From contig JAGLAZ010000007.1 in the NCBI GenBank assembly GCA_018260565.1, forward strand, positions 17,763 to 81,762: a stretch of DNA of 64,000 nucleotides. The letters run 5' to 3'. This document shows positions 48,177 through 57,512 of this stretch, piece after piece. Made by a program: the position numbers and the translations under genes. Within the stretch, counting starts at the first letter, position 1. Each line of letters starts with the position of its first letter. This DNA comes from Flavobacteriaceae bacterium. GTDB lineage: Bacteria; Bacteroidota; Bacteroidia; Flavobacteriales; Weeksellaceae. A model generated the notes under the pieces. That model saw only the letters and a list, made by a program, of their open reading frames with translations. It made no database searches and was not told where the DNA came from.

Positions 48177-49217
48177 ATGAATAAGGACGATAAAATTCTC
48201 ATTACCGGCGCAACTGGGCTCATAGGTAGAGTTTTTTGTCTTCATTTGGCATATTTAGGATATACTGTTTCTGGAGTTTATAGAAGTCTTGAGAACTTAC
48301 ATCGTATGCGCAAAGAGCTTGTATATTATACTGAAAACTCAATAGAAGCTGAAAAGTATTTTTCTAAAATTAATTGGGTTCAGGCCGATCTTACAGAATG
48401 TGAAAGTTTACACGAAAGTTTTATAGGCCATAACATTATCATTCATTGTGCTGGATTTGTAAGTTTTAATGGAACATCTAGAGGAAAAATTAACGAATTG
48501 AATGTTGAAATTACTAAAAATGTACTTCTCACAGCTACAGAATTAGAGGTTAAAAAGTTTCTTCACATCAGTTCTATTGCAGCGTATGATGAGCAGCCGG
48601 ACAGGCTTGTAATAGATGAGACATCTGGACTTAATCCAAAAAAACCTCACTCTGAATATGCTTTAGCAAAACATTCTGCGGAAATGGAAGTTTGGCGAGA
48701 ATCAGCAGAAGGCTTGGATGTTATAATTTTGAATCCTGGAGTTGTATTAGGAAGTGGTGCTTGGGATCAAAGCAGTGGCGGATTATATGCTTCTTTATTG
48801 CATTCTCCCCTAACATTTCCCGGTACTACAGGTTTTGTAGATGTTCGCGATGTAGCAAATGCTGGGATATTACTTTTAAAAAAAGAAATTAAAAACGAGA
48901 ATTATTTTTTAATAAGCGAAAATTTATCCTATCAAACTATATCCTCCACAGTAAAAAAGTATTTTAATAAAAAAAAGCCTGTCCTCTTAAATAGATCTGT
49001 TTTAATGGCGTTCCACTACTTAGTTTCACCTTTTACATGGATAATGCCTCAACTTCGATTATTATCCTCTTCTAATGTGGATGCTTTAACTCAAAAATCT
49101 GAATATTCATCTGATAAAATAAAGAAGTTAGGTTTCAGTTTTATTTCAGTGTCCGAATCCTTAAACTTTCATTTAAAAAACTTTAAATCTTATATCTCAT
49201 CTAATGACCGAGAGTGA
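48177..49217 (+). CDS. NAD(P)-dependent epimerase/dehydratase-family (extended SDR) protein
   Basis: 346 aa. Rossmann motif ILITGATGLIGR and a YxxxK-like YALAKHSAE. Confidence 0.75.
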   Translation: MNKDDKILITGATGLIGRVFCLHLAYLGYTVSGVYRSLENLHRMRKELVYYTENSIEAEKYFSKINWVQADLTECESLHESFIGHNIIIHCAGFVSFNGTSRGKINELNVEITKNVLLTATELEVKKFLHISSIAAYDEQPDRLVIDETSGLNPKKPHSEYALAKHSAEMEVWRESAEGLDVIILNPGVVLGSGAWDQSSGGLYASLLHSPLTFPGTTGFVDVRDVANAGILLLKKEIKNENYFLISENLSYQTISSTVKKYFNKKKPVLLNRSVLMAFHYLVSPFTWIMPQLRLLSSSNVDALTQKSEYSSDKIKKLGFSFISVSESLNFHLKNFKSYISSNDRE

Positions 49218-50253
49218 TTTCCTTCCGAAAAAACCTATTAAAGTATCCACTGCGAAAACAGAGTTTGCTTGTCCTTCTAATATTGCTCTGGTAAAATATT
49301 GGGGAAAGTTCGGTACTCAGATGCCGTCTAATCCTAGCATAAGTTTTACCTTATCGGAGTGTAGGAGTATTACTGAAATGGAATATATTCAAGGACAGGA
49401 ATTTTCCGTTCAGCTCTATTTAGACAATGAAATTCAAGAAAGTTTTGGAAAAAAAATAGAAAAGTATTTCTTTAAAATCTCTGAATATCTTCCTTGGATT
49501 TTGGAAGGGTCATTTAGTATAAAAACACATAATACATTCCCGCACAGTAGTGGCATTGCTAGTTCAGCATCAGGTTTTGGAGCTATAGCAGGATGCCTGA
49601 TGAATCTGGAGGCAGAACAAAATGGAAATAAATTCGACGTAAAAAAGGCAAGTTTTTTAGCAAGAATAGGTAGCGGAAGTGCCTGTAGATCTCTTTATCC
49701 AGGTATCGTATCTTGGGGGAAAACCGAAGCTGTAGAAAATAGCAGTCCTTTATTTGCTACTCCACTATCAAATGAAGAAATTCATCCTAATTTTAGACAT
49801 TTTAATGATTGGATTGTGCTTATTCACGAGGGAGAGAAATCAGTAAGCAGTAGTTTGGGCCACTCTTTAATGGAAAACCATCCTTATGCTCAGCAAAGAT
49901 TCAAAGAAGCGAAAAAAAACTGTTTAGAACTTAAAAATATTCTTACTTCAGGTAATCTTCTTAGGTTTAATAAATTAGTAGAGCATGAGGCTCTTAGTCT
50001 TCATGCATTAATGATGATGAGTGCCCCAGCCTTTATATTAATGCAACCCAATACCCTTACCGCAATTCAAAAATTATGGAAATTTAGAGAAAAAACAAAT
50101 ATTCCTATATGTTTTACTTTAGATGCAGGAGCCAATATTCATATATTATTTCCTGAAAATGATGACTCACTTGCGTGTAAAAACTTTATTATGCAAGAAA
50201 TTCTTCCTCTATCACAAAATGGTGGAATTATTAAAGATTTTATACAGTTTTAA
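49204..50253 (+). CDS. mvaD: diphosphomevalonate decarboxylase (mevalonate pathway)
   Basis: 349 aa. Motifs NIALVKYWGK, GIASSASGF and GSGSACRS (GHMP kinase fold). It overlaps the SDR gene by 14 nt. Confidence 0.85.
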   Translation: MTESDFLPKKPIKVSTAKTEFACPSNIALVKYWGKFGTQMPSNPSISFTLSECRSITEMEYIQGQEFSVQLYLDNEIQESFGKKIEKYFFKISEYLPWILEGSFSIKTHNTFPHSSGIASSASGFGAIAGCLMNLEAEQNGNKFDVKKASFLARIGSGSACRSLYPGIVSWGKTEAVENSSPLFATPLSNEEIHPNFRHFNDWIVLIHEGEKSVSSSLGHSLMENHPYAQQRFKEAKKNCLELKNILTSGNLLRFNKLVEHEALSLHALMMMSAPAFILMQPNTLTAIQKLWKFREKTNIPICFTLDAGANIHILFPENDDSLACKNFIMQEILPLSQNGGIIKDFIQF

Positions 50254-51326
50254 TATTCCGTCGCGATGGCCTTCCTGTCGCTATCTTCTTCTACACCTTT
50301 ACTTATCATTTCGGCTGCTTCTATTTCATCCTCATACGTGGCGGTATCTACTTCCTCATTTTTTCTAAAATTTTTAGAAGATACACTAAAGGTGCAACTC
50401 AATGCAAGATGATCACTTCCTTTATATCGGATTGTTTTTAGTTTTTCAATTGCGATAAAAGGACTATGGTACAATAAGTCGATAGGAAAGCGTAAAAACC
50501 AATACTTGCTATGGAAAGTAGAGTAAAAGCCATTACCAACGCGAGGGTCTAATGTTCCGGAAATTTTTCTAAAAAGTCGAGAAGATTTACTCCATGCTAC
50601 ATTATTAAAATCACCACAAATAATACAGGGAATTTGTATTTCTTGCACTCTCTTACCTGCACTTAAAATATCACCATCTCTTTGGTTACTGGTTTCCTCT
50701 TCCGTGGGACTTGGGGGTGGCGGATGCAGACCCAAAAAACAAAACGGTACTCATTCAGGACTTTTTAAATGAATTTCAAAGTTTGGGATATCATCGGCAA
50801 CAAAAAAATGTGTTGTAGCGGATTCTATAGGAATTTTACTGTAAAAATGCATCCCATATGTATTTTCCAGAGTACAGGAATGCCGATGGGGGTAAAGTTG
50901 ATGGATCTCATAGAGCGCATTTTGCCAAGCAGAATTGCTTTCCATAGTAAGGAAAAAATCAGGTCTTTCCTGATAAATTACGGCAATAAAGTCCTTATAT
51001 TTTTCGCTAAATTGATAAACATTGCTGCTAATAAAATGGAGACTATTTGCTCCCGCTTTTTGAGGTATTTTATATTTACTGGGAAATAATGGCGTATAAA
51101 GGAAAAGAAAATAACTTTGATATAATATAACTCCAGCAGCAATAGTTTGAGCCCATAAAACATATAAATCTAAACGGAAAAGAAATCCTACGGCCAAAAT
51201 TAATGCAGCCGAAACAAACAATTGAATTTTCACAAAACCTGCTGCACGGAATACCCAATGAGGGCTTGAAACTATTGGTAACAAGCTGATAAGCGCCAAT
51301 ATAATGGATAGGATGAATAATAGCAT
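50250..51326 (-). pseudogene. membrane-anchored endonuclease/exonuclease/phosphatase (EEP) family gene interrupted by one in-frame TGA
   Basis: ORF 50751..51326 holds the N-terminal TM helices and the start of the EEP fold. ORF 50250..50735 holds ..HPPPPSP...CGDFNNVAWS...GSDHL. The two are in the same frame, separated only by TGA at 50751-50753 and five sense codons (..HLKSPE*VPFCFLGLHPPPP..). Confidence 0.8.
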
Positions 51327-51358
51327 TTGATTTCCTAAATAATTGCCTAAAAATAAAT

Positions 51359-51366
51359 TAATTTTG
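51359..51366 (+). promoter_or_regulatory. Bacteroidetes-type -7 promoter box (TAnnTTTG)
   Basis: TAATTTTG lies 38 nt upstream of the purK ATG. Confidence 0.35.
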
Positions 51367-51403
51367 CGAACTGAGTTTCAGTACACTTTTAGCAAAACAA
51401 TTC

Positions 51404-52552
51404 ATGCAAAAATCCAAAATCGGGATCTTAGGAGGAGGTCAATTAGGGAGAATGTTTACCCAAGAAGCATTGAAGTATGAAGATGATATTTTTGTATTAG
51501 ACCCTTCTAATGAAGCGCCTTGCGCAAAAATTTCTACATTTATCCAAGGTGATTTTAATGATGAAAATACTGTAATAGAATTTGGTCAAAATGCAGATAT
51601 TATTACAGTGGAGATAGAGCATGTTTCCGTTAAAGGCTTGGAATCTTTGGAAAAACAAGGAAAAAAAGTAATACCTTCCTCTCATGCTTTAGGTATTATT
51701 CAGCAAAAACAAAAACAAAAGGGATTTTTCCAGGAACATAGGCTCCCATCTCCAAAATTTGAAAATGTAGAATCTATAGCAGAAATAACTTTTCATCCAC
51801 CCTTCGTTCAAAAGCTGAATACAGGAGGCTATGATGGAAAAGGGGTTCAAATTATTAAATCCGATGCCGACCGGTATAAAATATGGGACGCACCTTCCGT
51901 TATAGAAGAATTAGTGGATATAGATAAGGAATTATCTATCATTATTGCCAAAAGTCCAACTGGCGAGGTTTCAACATTTCCCATAACGGAAATGCTTGCA
52001 AATGAAGAACTTAATCTTTTAGATTTTAATATTTCACCTGCCAGAATTTCTAATAACCAAATTTTAGAAATCGAATTAATTGCGAAAACATTTTCCGAAG
52101 CTATTCCTGGTTCGGGCTTGTTTGCTATAGAATTATTTTTAGATAAAGAAGGAAAAATCTACATAAACGAAGTAGCACCACGCCTCCACAACAGTGGACA
52201 CCTTACCCAGGATTGCTGTTACAACAGTCAGTTTGAGCAGTTATACCGTATCCTAAAAAATCTTCCCCTTGCTAATACTTCTATGCTCCCAAACATCGTT
52301 GGTGGCATGCTAAATATTGTGGGCGATGTTCCAAAATTGGGTGAGGTAGAGGAAAACTATAGTGGAGAACCTCACTATATTGGCCTGGAAAAATGCTTAG
52401 AGAAACCTAATGCATACTTACATTTATACGGAAAGACCAGTACCAAACCTGGGCGAAAAATGGGCCATATTAATCTTGTAGCGACTTCGTACGAAGTACT
52501 TCAAGAGGAATTACAATCACTAAAAAAAAGCATTTCGGTGCGCACTAAATAA
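51404..52552 (+). CDS. purK: 5-(carboxyamino)imidazole ribonucleotide synthase
   Basis: 382 aa. ATP-grasp fold, N-terminal [24 protein letters not shown], and a C-terminal GRKMGHINL. Confidence 0.9.
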   Translation: MQKSKIGILGGGQLGRMFTQEALKYEDDIFVLDPSNEAPCAKISTFIQGDFNDENTVIEFGQNADIITVEIEHVSVKGLESLEKQGKKVIPSSHALGIIQQKQKQKGFFQEHRLPSPKFENVESIAEITFHPPFVQKLNTGGYDGKGVQIIKSDADRYKIWDAPSVIEELVDIDKELSIIIAKSPTGEVSTFPITEMLANEELNLLDFNISPARISNNQILEIELIAKTFSEAIPGSGLFAIELFLDKEGKIYINEVAPRLHNSGHLTQDCCYNSQFEQLYRILKNLPLANTSMLPNIVGGMLNIVGDVPKLGEVEENYSGEPHYIGLEKCLEKPNAYLHLYGKTSTKPGRKMGHINLVATSYEVLQEELQSLKKSISVRTK

Positions 52553-52557
52553 ATGCT

Positions 52558-53061
52558 ATGGTAGGAATCATAATGGGAAGCAGCTCCGACCTTAAAATCA
52601 TGGAAGAGGCGGCGGAAGTTTGCAAAGAATTCGGAATAAAATATGAACTCACCGTAGTCTCAGCACATAGAAGTCCAGAGCGTATGTTAGACTATGCTAA
52701 AACCGCTGCTAAGAGGGGAATCCGGGTCATCATTGCAGGTGCAGGAGGTGCCGCACACCTTCCTGGCATGGTAGCCAGTGCCACCACCCTCCCAGTAATA
52801 GGCGTCCCCGTCCGCAGCAGCAATTCCTTAGATGGTTGGGACAGTATCCTCAGTATTTTGCAGATGCCAGGAGGCATTCCCGTAGCTACTGTGGCTCTAA
52901 ATGCCGGGAAAAACGCAGGAATATTAGCCGTTAGAATTCTAGGTACTTGCAGTGAGGAAATTGAAAAAAAACTTCAGAATTATGAAGAAGATCTAAAAAA
53001 GAAAGTGGATTCCCAAATAAAAGAAATTAAAAATTCGCATCCTAATACCTACGATTCGTAA
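52558..53061 (+). CDS. purE: 5-(carboxyamino)imidazole ribonucleotide mutase
   Basis: 167 aa. Motifs [16 protein letters not shown] and [11 protein letters not shown]. Confidence 0.92.
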   Translation: MVGIIMGSSSDLKIMEEAAEVCKEFGIKYELTVVSAHRSPERMLDYAKTAAKRGIRVIIAGAGGAAHLPGMVASATTLPVIGVPVRSSNSLDGWDSILSILQMPGGIPVATVALNAGKNAGILAVRILGTCSEEIEKKLQNYEEDLKKKVDSQIKEIKNSHPNTYDS

Positions 53062-53072
53062 TAGATTATATT

Positions 53073-53165
53073 AGGGCGTGCCCCTTCGGGTCGGGCTGCC
53101 CGCTCCTACTCCTCGGCTCGCCTTCGAACTCGCCTGCGGGGTATCCGCTCGCATCCCTCACGCAA
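53073..53165. repeat. GC-rich intergenic element (REP-like), markedly GC-rich compared with the surrounding AT-rich DNA
   Basis: agggcgtgccccttcgggtcgggctgcccgctcctactcctcggctcgccttcgaactcgcctgcggggtatccgctcgcatccctcacgc. The ..ccgct..atccctcacgcaaaa end resembles repeats I recall from Chryseobacterium-group genomes (memory only). Confidence 0.45.
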
Positions 53166-53294
53166 AATGCTGGAAAATTGTGGCGTGCATCTCACTTCTC
53201 AGTCGCTAAATGGTATGAATTTGAGATTGTAATATCATTCCTATAACGCCTTAATAAAATCACAAGCTTTATCTTTACAGTCACATTTTACGCT

Positions 53295-55007
53295 ATGGAG
53301 GAACATACACCCCTTAATTTTATTGAAGAAATCATAGAACATGATTTACAAAACGATCTAGATAAATCCCAACTGCGTTTTCGGTTCCCTCCAGAACCTA
53401 ATGGATACCTACATGTAGGTCATACGAAAGCTATTTGTATCAATTTTGGATTAGGTGAAAAATACAATGCCCCCGTAAACCTAAGATTTGACGATACCAA
53501 TCCTGAGAAAGAAGAACAGGAATTTGTAGACTCCATAAAAAGAGATGTAGAATGGCTTGGATTTACTTGGGATAAAGAATTATATGCCTCTGATAATTTT
53601 CAACAACTCTACGAATGGGCAATTAAAATGATAAAGGATGGTAAAGCATATGTAGATGAGCAAACCTCCGAAGCCATCACAGCACAACGCAAAAACCCTA
53701 CAGAGCCCGGCGAAGAATCTCCTTTCAGGAACCGTCCAGTAAATGAATCTTTGGCACTTTTTGAGAAAATGAAAAATGGGGAATTTCCCGCAGGTAGCAT
53801 GTCTCTCCGTGCAAAAATAGACATGGCCTCCAGTAATATGAATATGCGGGATCCTGTGATGTATAGAATCTTAGATAAGCCCCACCACAGAACGGGATCG
53901 CAGTGGAAAATCTATCCAATGTATGATTGGGCTCATGGAGAATGTGATTATATAGAGCAAGTCTCACATTCCCTATGTTCATTAGAATTTGAAAATCATC
54001 GTCCCTTATATAATTGGTATGTAGAAAACATCTCGGAGGAAGGAAAAATAATTCCGAAACAAAGAGAATTTGCAAGGATGAATGTCTCATATATGATTAC
54101 TTCCAAGAGAAAACTTCAGCGATTGGTAGAAGAAGGTGTAGTAAGCGGATGGGATGACCCAAGGATGCCCACCATTTCCGGTATGAGACGACGAGGATAT
54201 ACCCCAACAGCTGTACGTAATTTTATAGAGCGTGTAGGAGTGGCTAAAAGGGAAAATCTTATCGATATACGCTTATTAGAATTTTCTGTTAGGGAAGATC
54301 TTAATAAAAATGCTACAAGGATGATGGTAGTTATGAACCCTGTAAAACTTATAATTACCAATTATCCTGATAACGAAACAGAATTGCTGGATACAGAAAA
54401 TAACCCGGAAATAGAAGGTTCTGGAACCAGAAAAGTTCCCTTTTCCAAAGAAATTTGGATAGAGAAGGAGGATTTTATGGAAGAAGCACCGAAGAAATTC
54501 TTTCGCTTAAGCCTTGGGAATGAAGTTCGCCTAAAATCTGCCTATATTATTAAGGCAACAGAAGTTGAAAAGGATGATGAAGGTAATATTCAGACAATAT
54601 ATGCGCAATATGATCCAGATTCCAAAAGTGGTAGCGATACGGAAGCCAGCAAAAGAAAGGTAAAAGGAACCTTGCATTGGGTTTCAGCTAAAGATGCAGT
54701 GGAAATAGAGGTTAGAAAATTTGATAAACTATTCACCGTAGAACAACCTGAGGCACAAGAAAAAAGCCAAAACTCAAATGAAAATACCACTGAAAAAGCG
54801 GATTTCATGGATTTTGTTAATCGAGATTCCCTACATAGTAGCACCGCCCTTGCGGAGCCAGCAATAAAGACAATAAAAGCTCGCGAAAGTCTGCAATTTC
54901 AAAGAATCGGTTATTACACATTAGATATTAATGAAAAAGACCCTAACGCTGGTAAAGAATTGGTTTTTAATGAAATAGTGAGTCTTAAAGATGGTTATAA
55001 ACCCTAA
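53295..55007 (+). CDS. glnS: glutamine--tRNA ligase
   Basis: 570 aa. HIGH-type motif PEPNGYLHVGH, MSK-type motif VSYMITSKRKL, and a C-terminal anticodon-binding beta-barrel region. Confidence 0.9.
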   Translation: MEEHTPLNFIEEIIEHDLQNDLDKSQLRFRFPPEPNGYLHVGHTKAICINFGLGEKYNAPVNLRFDDTNPEKEEQEFVDSIKRDVEWLGFTWDKELYASDNFQQLYEWAIKMIKDGKAYVDEQTSEAITAQRKNPTEPGEESPFRNRPVNESLALFEKMKNGEFPAGSMSLRAKIDMASSNMNMRDPVMYRILDKPHHRTGSQWKIYPMYDWAHGECDYIEQVSHSLCSLEFENHRPLYNWYVENISEEGKIIPKQREFARMNVSYMITSKRKLQRLVEEGVVSGWDDPRMPTISGMRRRGYTPTAVRNFIERVGVAKRENLIDIRLLEFSVREDLNKNATRMMVVMNPVKLIITNYPDNETELLDTENNPEIEGSGTRKVPFSKEIWIEKEDFMEEAPKKFFRLSLGNEVRLKSAYIIKATEVEKDDEGNIQTIYAQYDPDSKSGSDTEASKRKVKGTLHWVSAKDAVEIEVRKFDKLFTVEQPEAQEKSQNSNENTTEKADFMDFVNRDSLHSSTALAEPAIKTIKARESLQFQRIGYYTLDINEKDPNAGKELVFNEIVSLKDGYKP

Positions 55008-55024
55008 AGTTTAATATCCATATA

Positions 55025-55915
55025 TTAGGGATGCCATGGCGTCCCTATTTTTTCACCCATTTTTACCAAAGTTTCAAAACCATTAGCAGAATTTTCTAAT
55101 AAATCAGAATCAAAGCGAATAGATTGTTTTTGAAATAAACATACAATTGTACTTCCGCCAAATGCGAAATATCCCATTTCATCGCCTTTTTTATATTTTT
55201 GTCCCACTTGGGAAGTAGATATAATACTTCCTACCATAGTAGCGCCCACTGGAATTAGCAAAATTTCACCCAATAAATCGGACTGATATTTACAGATGCT
55301 CCTCTTATTTTCAGTGAATACTCTATTAAAATTCTTTTGTAAAGCGTGGGGTGATACGGAATAATAAGTACCCGATATTTCTTTGTATTCTACCACTTTT
55401 CCATCTACCGGAAAATGATATCTGTGATAATCATTCGGTGCCAATCGCGCAATCATCATACTGCCATCCTTATAGTTAGACGCAAGTTCCGGGTCGCATA
55501 GAAATTTTTGTAAATTAAACTTTCGAGATTTTATAAAGAATTCCTGCAAAGATTCCAAATTTTCAAAAACCAAAAGCCGGGAATCTGCGGGACTTACCAC
55601 ATCTTCCTGAATGGTACGGGCTTCAGGTTTTAGTTTCCGGATAAAAAAATCATTGAAACTCTTGAATTCTGATACCTTTTTTTGAGCTTCAGAAATTGCA
55701 ATATCATATTTTTCAATAAATTTTTTAATTTTTTTCTTGGATGCTGGTCTAGCCATTTTTCTTCCATAGCGCTCACTAACACTTTTTTTACGAGCTAATT
55801 TTAATAAAGTGTGCGCCCCTACAGATGTACCATATAAAAATTTCAAAAGTATTTCTGCAGGAGGATGCTCAGTAATTATTTTACCGGATTTTCTTTCCTT
55901 AAATTGTATAGACAT
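55025..55915 (-). CDS. psd: phosphatidylserine decarboxylase proenzyme
   Basis: 296 aa. It has the self-cleavage motif FAFGGSTIV (G-S-T) near the C-terminus and DYHRYHFP. Confidence 0.85.
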   Translation of the reverse strand: MSIQFKERKSGKIITEHPPAEILLKFLYGTSVGAHTLLKLARKKSVSERYGRKMARPASKKKIKKFIEKYDIAISEAQKKVSEFKSFNDFFIRKLKPEARTIQEDVVSPADSRLLVFENLESLQEFFIKSRKFNLQKFLCDPELASNYKDGSMMIARLAPNDYHRYHFPVDGKVVEYKEISGTYYSVSPHALQKNFNRVFTENKRSICKYQSDLLGEILLIPVGATMVGSIISTSQVGQKYKKGDEMGYFAFGGSTIVCLFQKQSIRFDSDLLENSANGFETLVKMGEKIGTPWHP

Positions 55916-55923
55916 CCGTTTAA

Positions 55924-57420
55924 CTAATTAAATATAAAATTTCGATTTTGAACCATACGGATCATAGCATCAATATCAGGATGGAGCAATCTGTCATCCT
56001 GTAACATGGGTACTTCGGAGCGTATTATTTCCCAGTTTTTCTCAATTAGGTAAGAGGATTTTAATGGTCGTCGGAATTCTAAACCTTGCGCTGCAATCAT
56101 TAATTCAATGGCAAGTATTTTTTCTAAATTCTCTAGAATTTGTACAAACTTTCTTCCAGAAATACTCCCCATAGACACATGATCTTCCTGTCCTAAACTC
56201 GTAGGAATAGAATCTGCTGATGCTGGAAAACACAAGCTTTTATTCTCTGAAACTAATGCTGCTGTGGTATACTGCGGTATCATAAAGCCACTATTTAGGC
56301 CAGGAGATGGGGTAAGTAATCTAGGTAAACCAAATTTTCCTTCTAATAATAAATATATCCTTCTATCTGAAATATTTCCAAGCTCTGCAGTAGCTAATGC
56401 AGCATAATCCAATGCCATAGCAAGCGGCTGACCGTGAAAATTCCCACCACTAATGATTTCCCCATCCGGTAAAACTATAGGATTATCCGTTACCGAATTT
56501 AATTCAGTTTCAGAAAGCATTTTAAGGTGTAAAAACGCTTGGTAAGAGGCACCATGTACTTGTGGAACACAGCGTAATGAGTAGGGATCTTGAACTCTTG
56601 GAAATATTTTATCCTTATCAGCAGCACCAGATATTTCCGATCCCTCTAAAAATTTTCTTATATTTTTCGCTGATAATAAAATTCCCTCATGAGGCCGAAC
56701 TTCTAAAAGCTCCTTGGTATAGGCCTTAGCATTTCCGGCATAGGCTTCCAGACTCATTGCCGCAGCTAAATCTGCCAGAGACAGTAAATATTCCAGTTTA
56801 TTTAATCCAAAAAGAGCATGAGACAAGATAAACTGAGTACCATTAATAAGAGCTAGACCCTCCTTGGCTTGTAATTCTAAGCTTAGTAATCCGCATGCTT
56901 CAAAAGCTGATTTGCTATCAATGATTTCGCTTTTGTACAAAACTTTTCCTTCCCCTATTAAAGGGAGAACCATATGGGACAGAGGTGCAAGATCTCCAGA
57001 CGCACCTACGCTTCCTTGTGAAGGGATGCATGGAAGAATATCATGCTCCAAGCATTGTTTTAATAAGAGTACTACCTCTTTGGAAATTCCGCTGAAACCT
57101 TTTGCTAATGCATGAATTTTAGCATGCAGCATCAGCCTTACAAGATCGGGACGAATATAATCCCCTACTCCAACACTATGACTAAGGATAAGGTTTTTTT
57201 GCAGTAGAGAAGTATCCTCTTTACTGATAGCCGTATCATAGAGTGGTCCGAAACCTGTATTCACACCATATTTAGTAATCCCACTATCCACAATATTTTG
57301 AACTATTTTCCGTGAGTTCTCTATTTTCTTTATTGCTGTATCGCTTAATTTAAGCTTTTGAGGATTTTTTAGGGCGCTACATATATGACTAAGCTGTAGC
57401 CAATCATTACCATATTCCAT
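55924..57420 (-). CDS. hutH: histidine ammonia-lyase (aromatic amino acid lyase family)
   Basis: 498 aa. MIO-forming motif GSVGASGDLAPLSH, and an S-H pair in NLILSHSVGVG at the substrate-selectivity position (HAL-like). Confidence 0.8.
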   Translation of the reverse strand: MEYGNDWLQLSHICSALKNPQKLKLSDTAIKKIENSRKIVQNIVDSGITKYGVNTGFGPLYDTAISKEDTSLLQKNLILSHSVGVGDYIRPDLVRLMLHAKIHALAKGFSGISKEVVLLLKQCLEHDILPCIPSQGSVGASGDLAPLSHMVLPLIGEGKVLYKSEIIDSKSAFEACGLLSLELQAKEGLALINGTQFILSHALFGLNKLEYLLSLADLAAAMSLEAYAGNAKAYTKELLEVRPHEGILLSAKNIRKFLEGSEISGAADKDKIFPRVQDPYSLRCVPQVHGASYQAFLHLKMLSETELNSVTDNPIVLPDGEIISGGNFHGQPLAMALDYAALATAELGNISDRRIYLLLEGKFGLPRLLTPSPGLNSGFMIPQYTTAALVSENKSLCFPASADSIPTSLGQEDHVSMGSISGRKFVQILENLEKILAIELMIAAQGLEFRRPLKSSYLIEKNWEIIRSEVPMLQDDRLLHPDIDAMIRMVQNRNFIFN

Positions 57421-57512
57421 TCGGTAAAATATCTATTATTGAGGGTAAAAATATACAATTTTGTACGGATTAATTTAAAATCTATCCGCTGAAGTTCAAG
57501 TATATTTGTATT

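Noticed and set aside
50751-50753. Selenocysteine or TGA recoding in the EEP gene
   Set aside because: TGA clearly terminates other genes in the window. I saw no obvious stem-loop immediately downstream on the coding strand, and EEP enzymes are not known selenoproteins.
55924-57420. Lone aromatic ammonia-lyase as a flexirubin-type tyrosine ammonia-lyase rather than HutH
   Set aside because: The selectivity-switch position reads Ser-His (LSHSVGVG), as in histidine ammonia-lyases, not His-Leu as in TALs. hutU/hutI being absent from the window is not informative on its own.
57501-57508. TATATTTG -7-like box upstream of uvrC
   Set aside because: It lies only 4 nt from the GTG start. Transcription from it would give a leaderless or truncated message with a non-AUG start, so this is likely a chance match.
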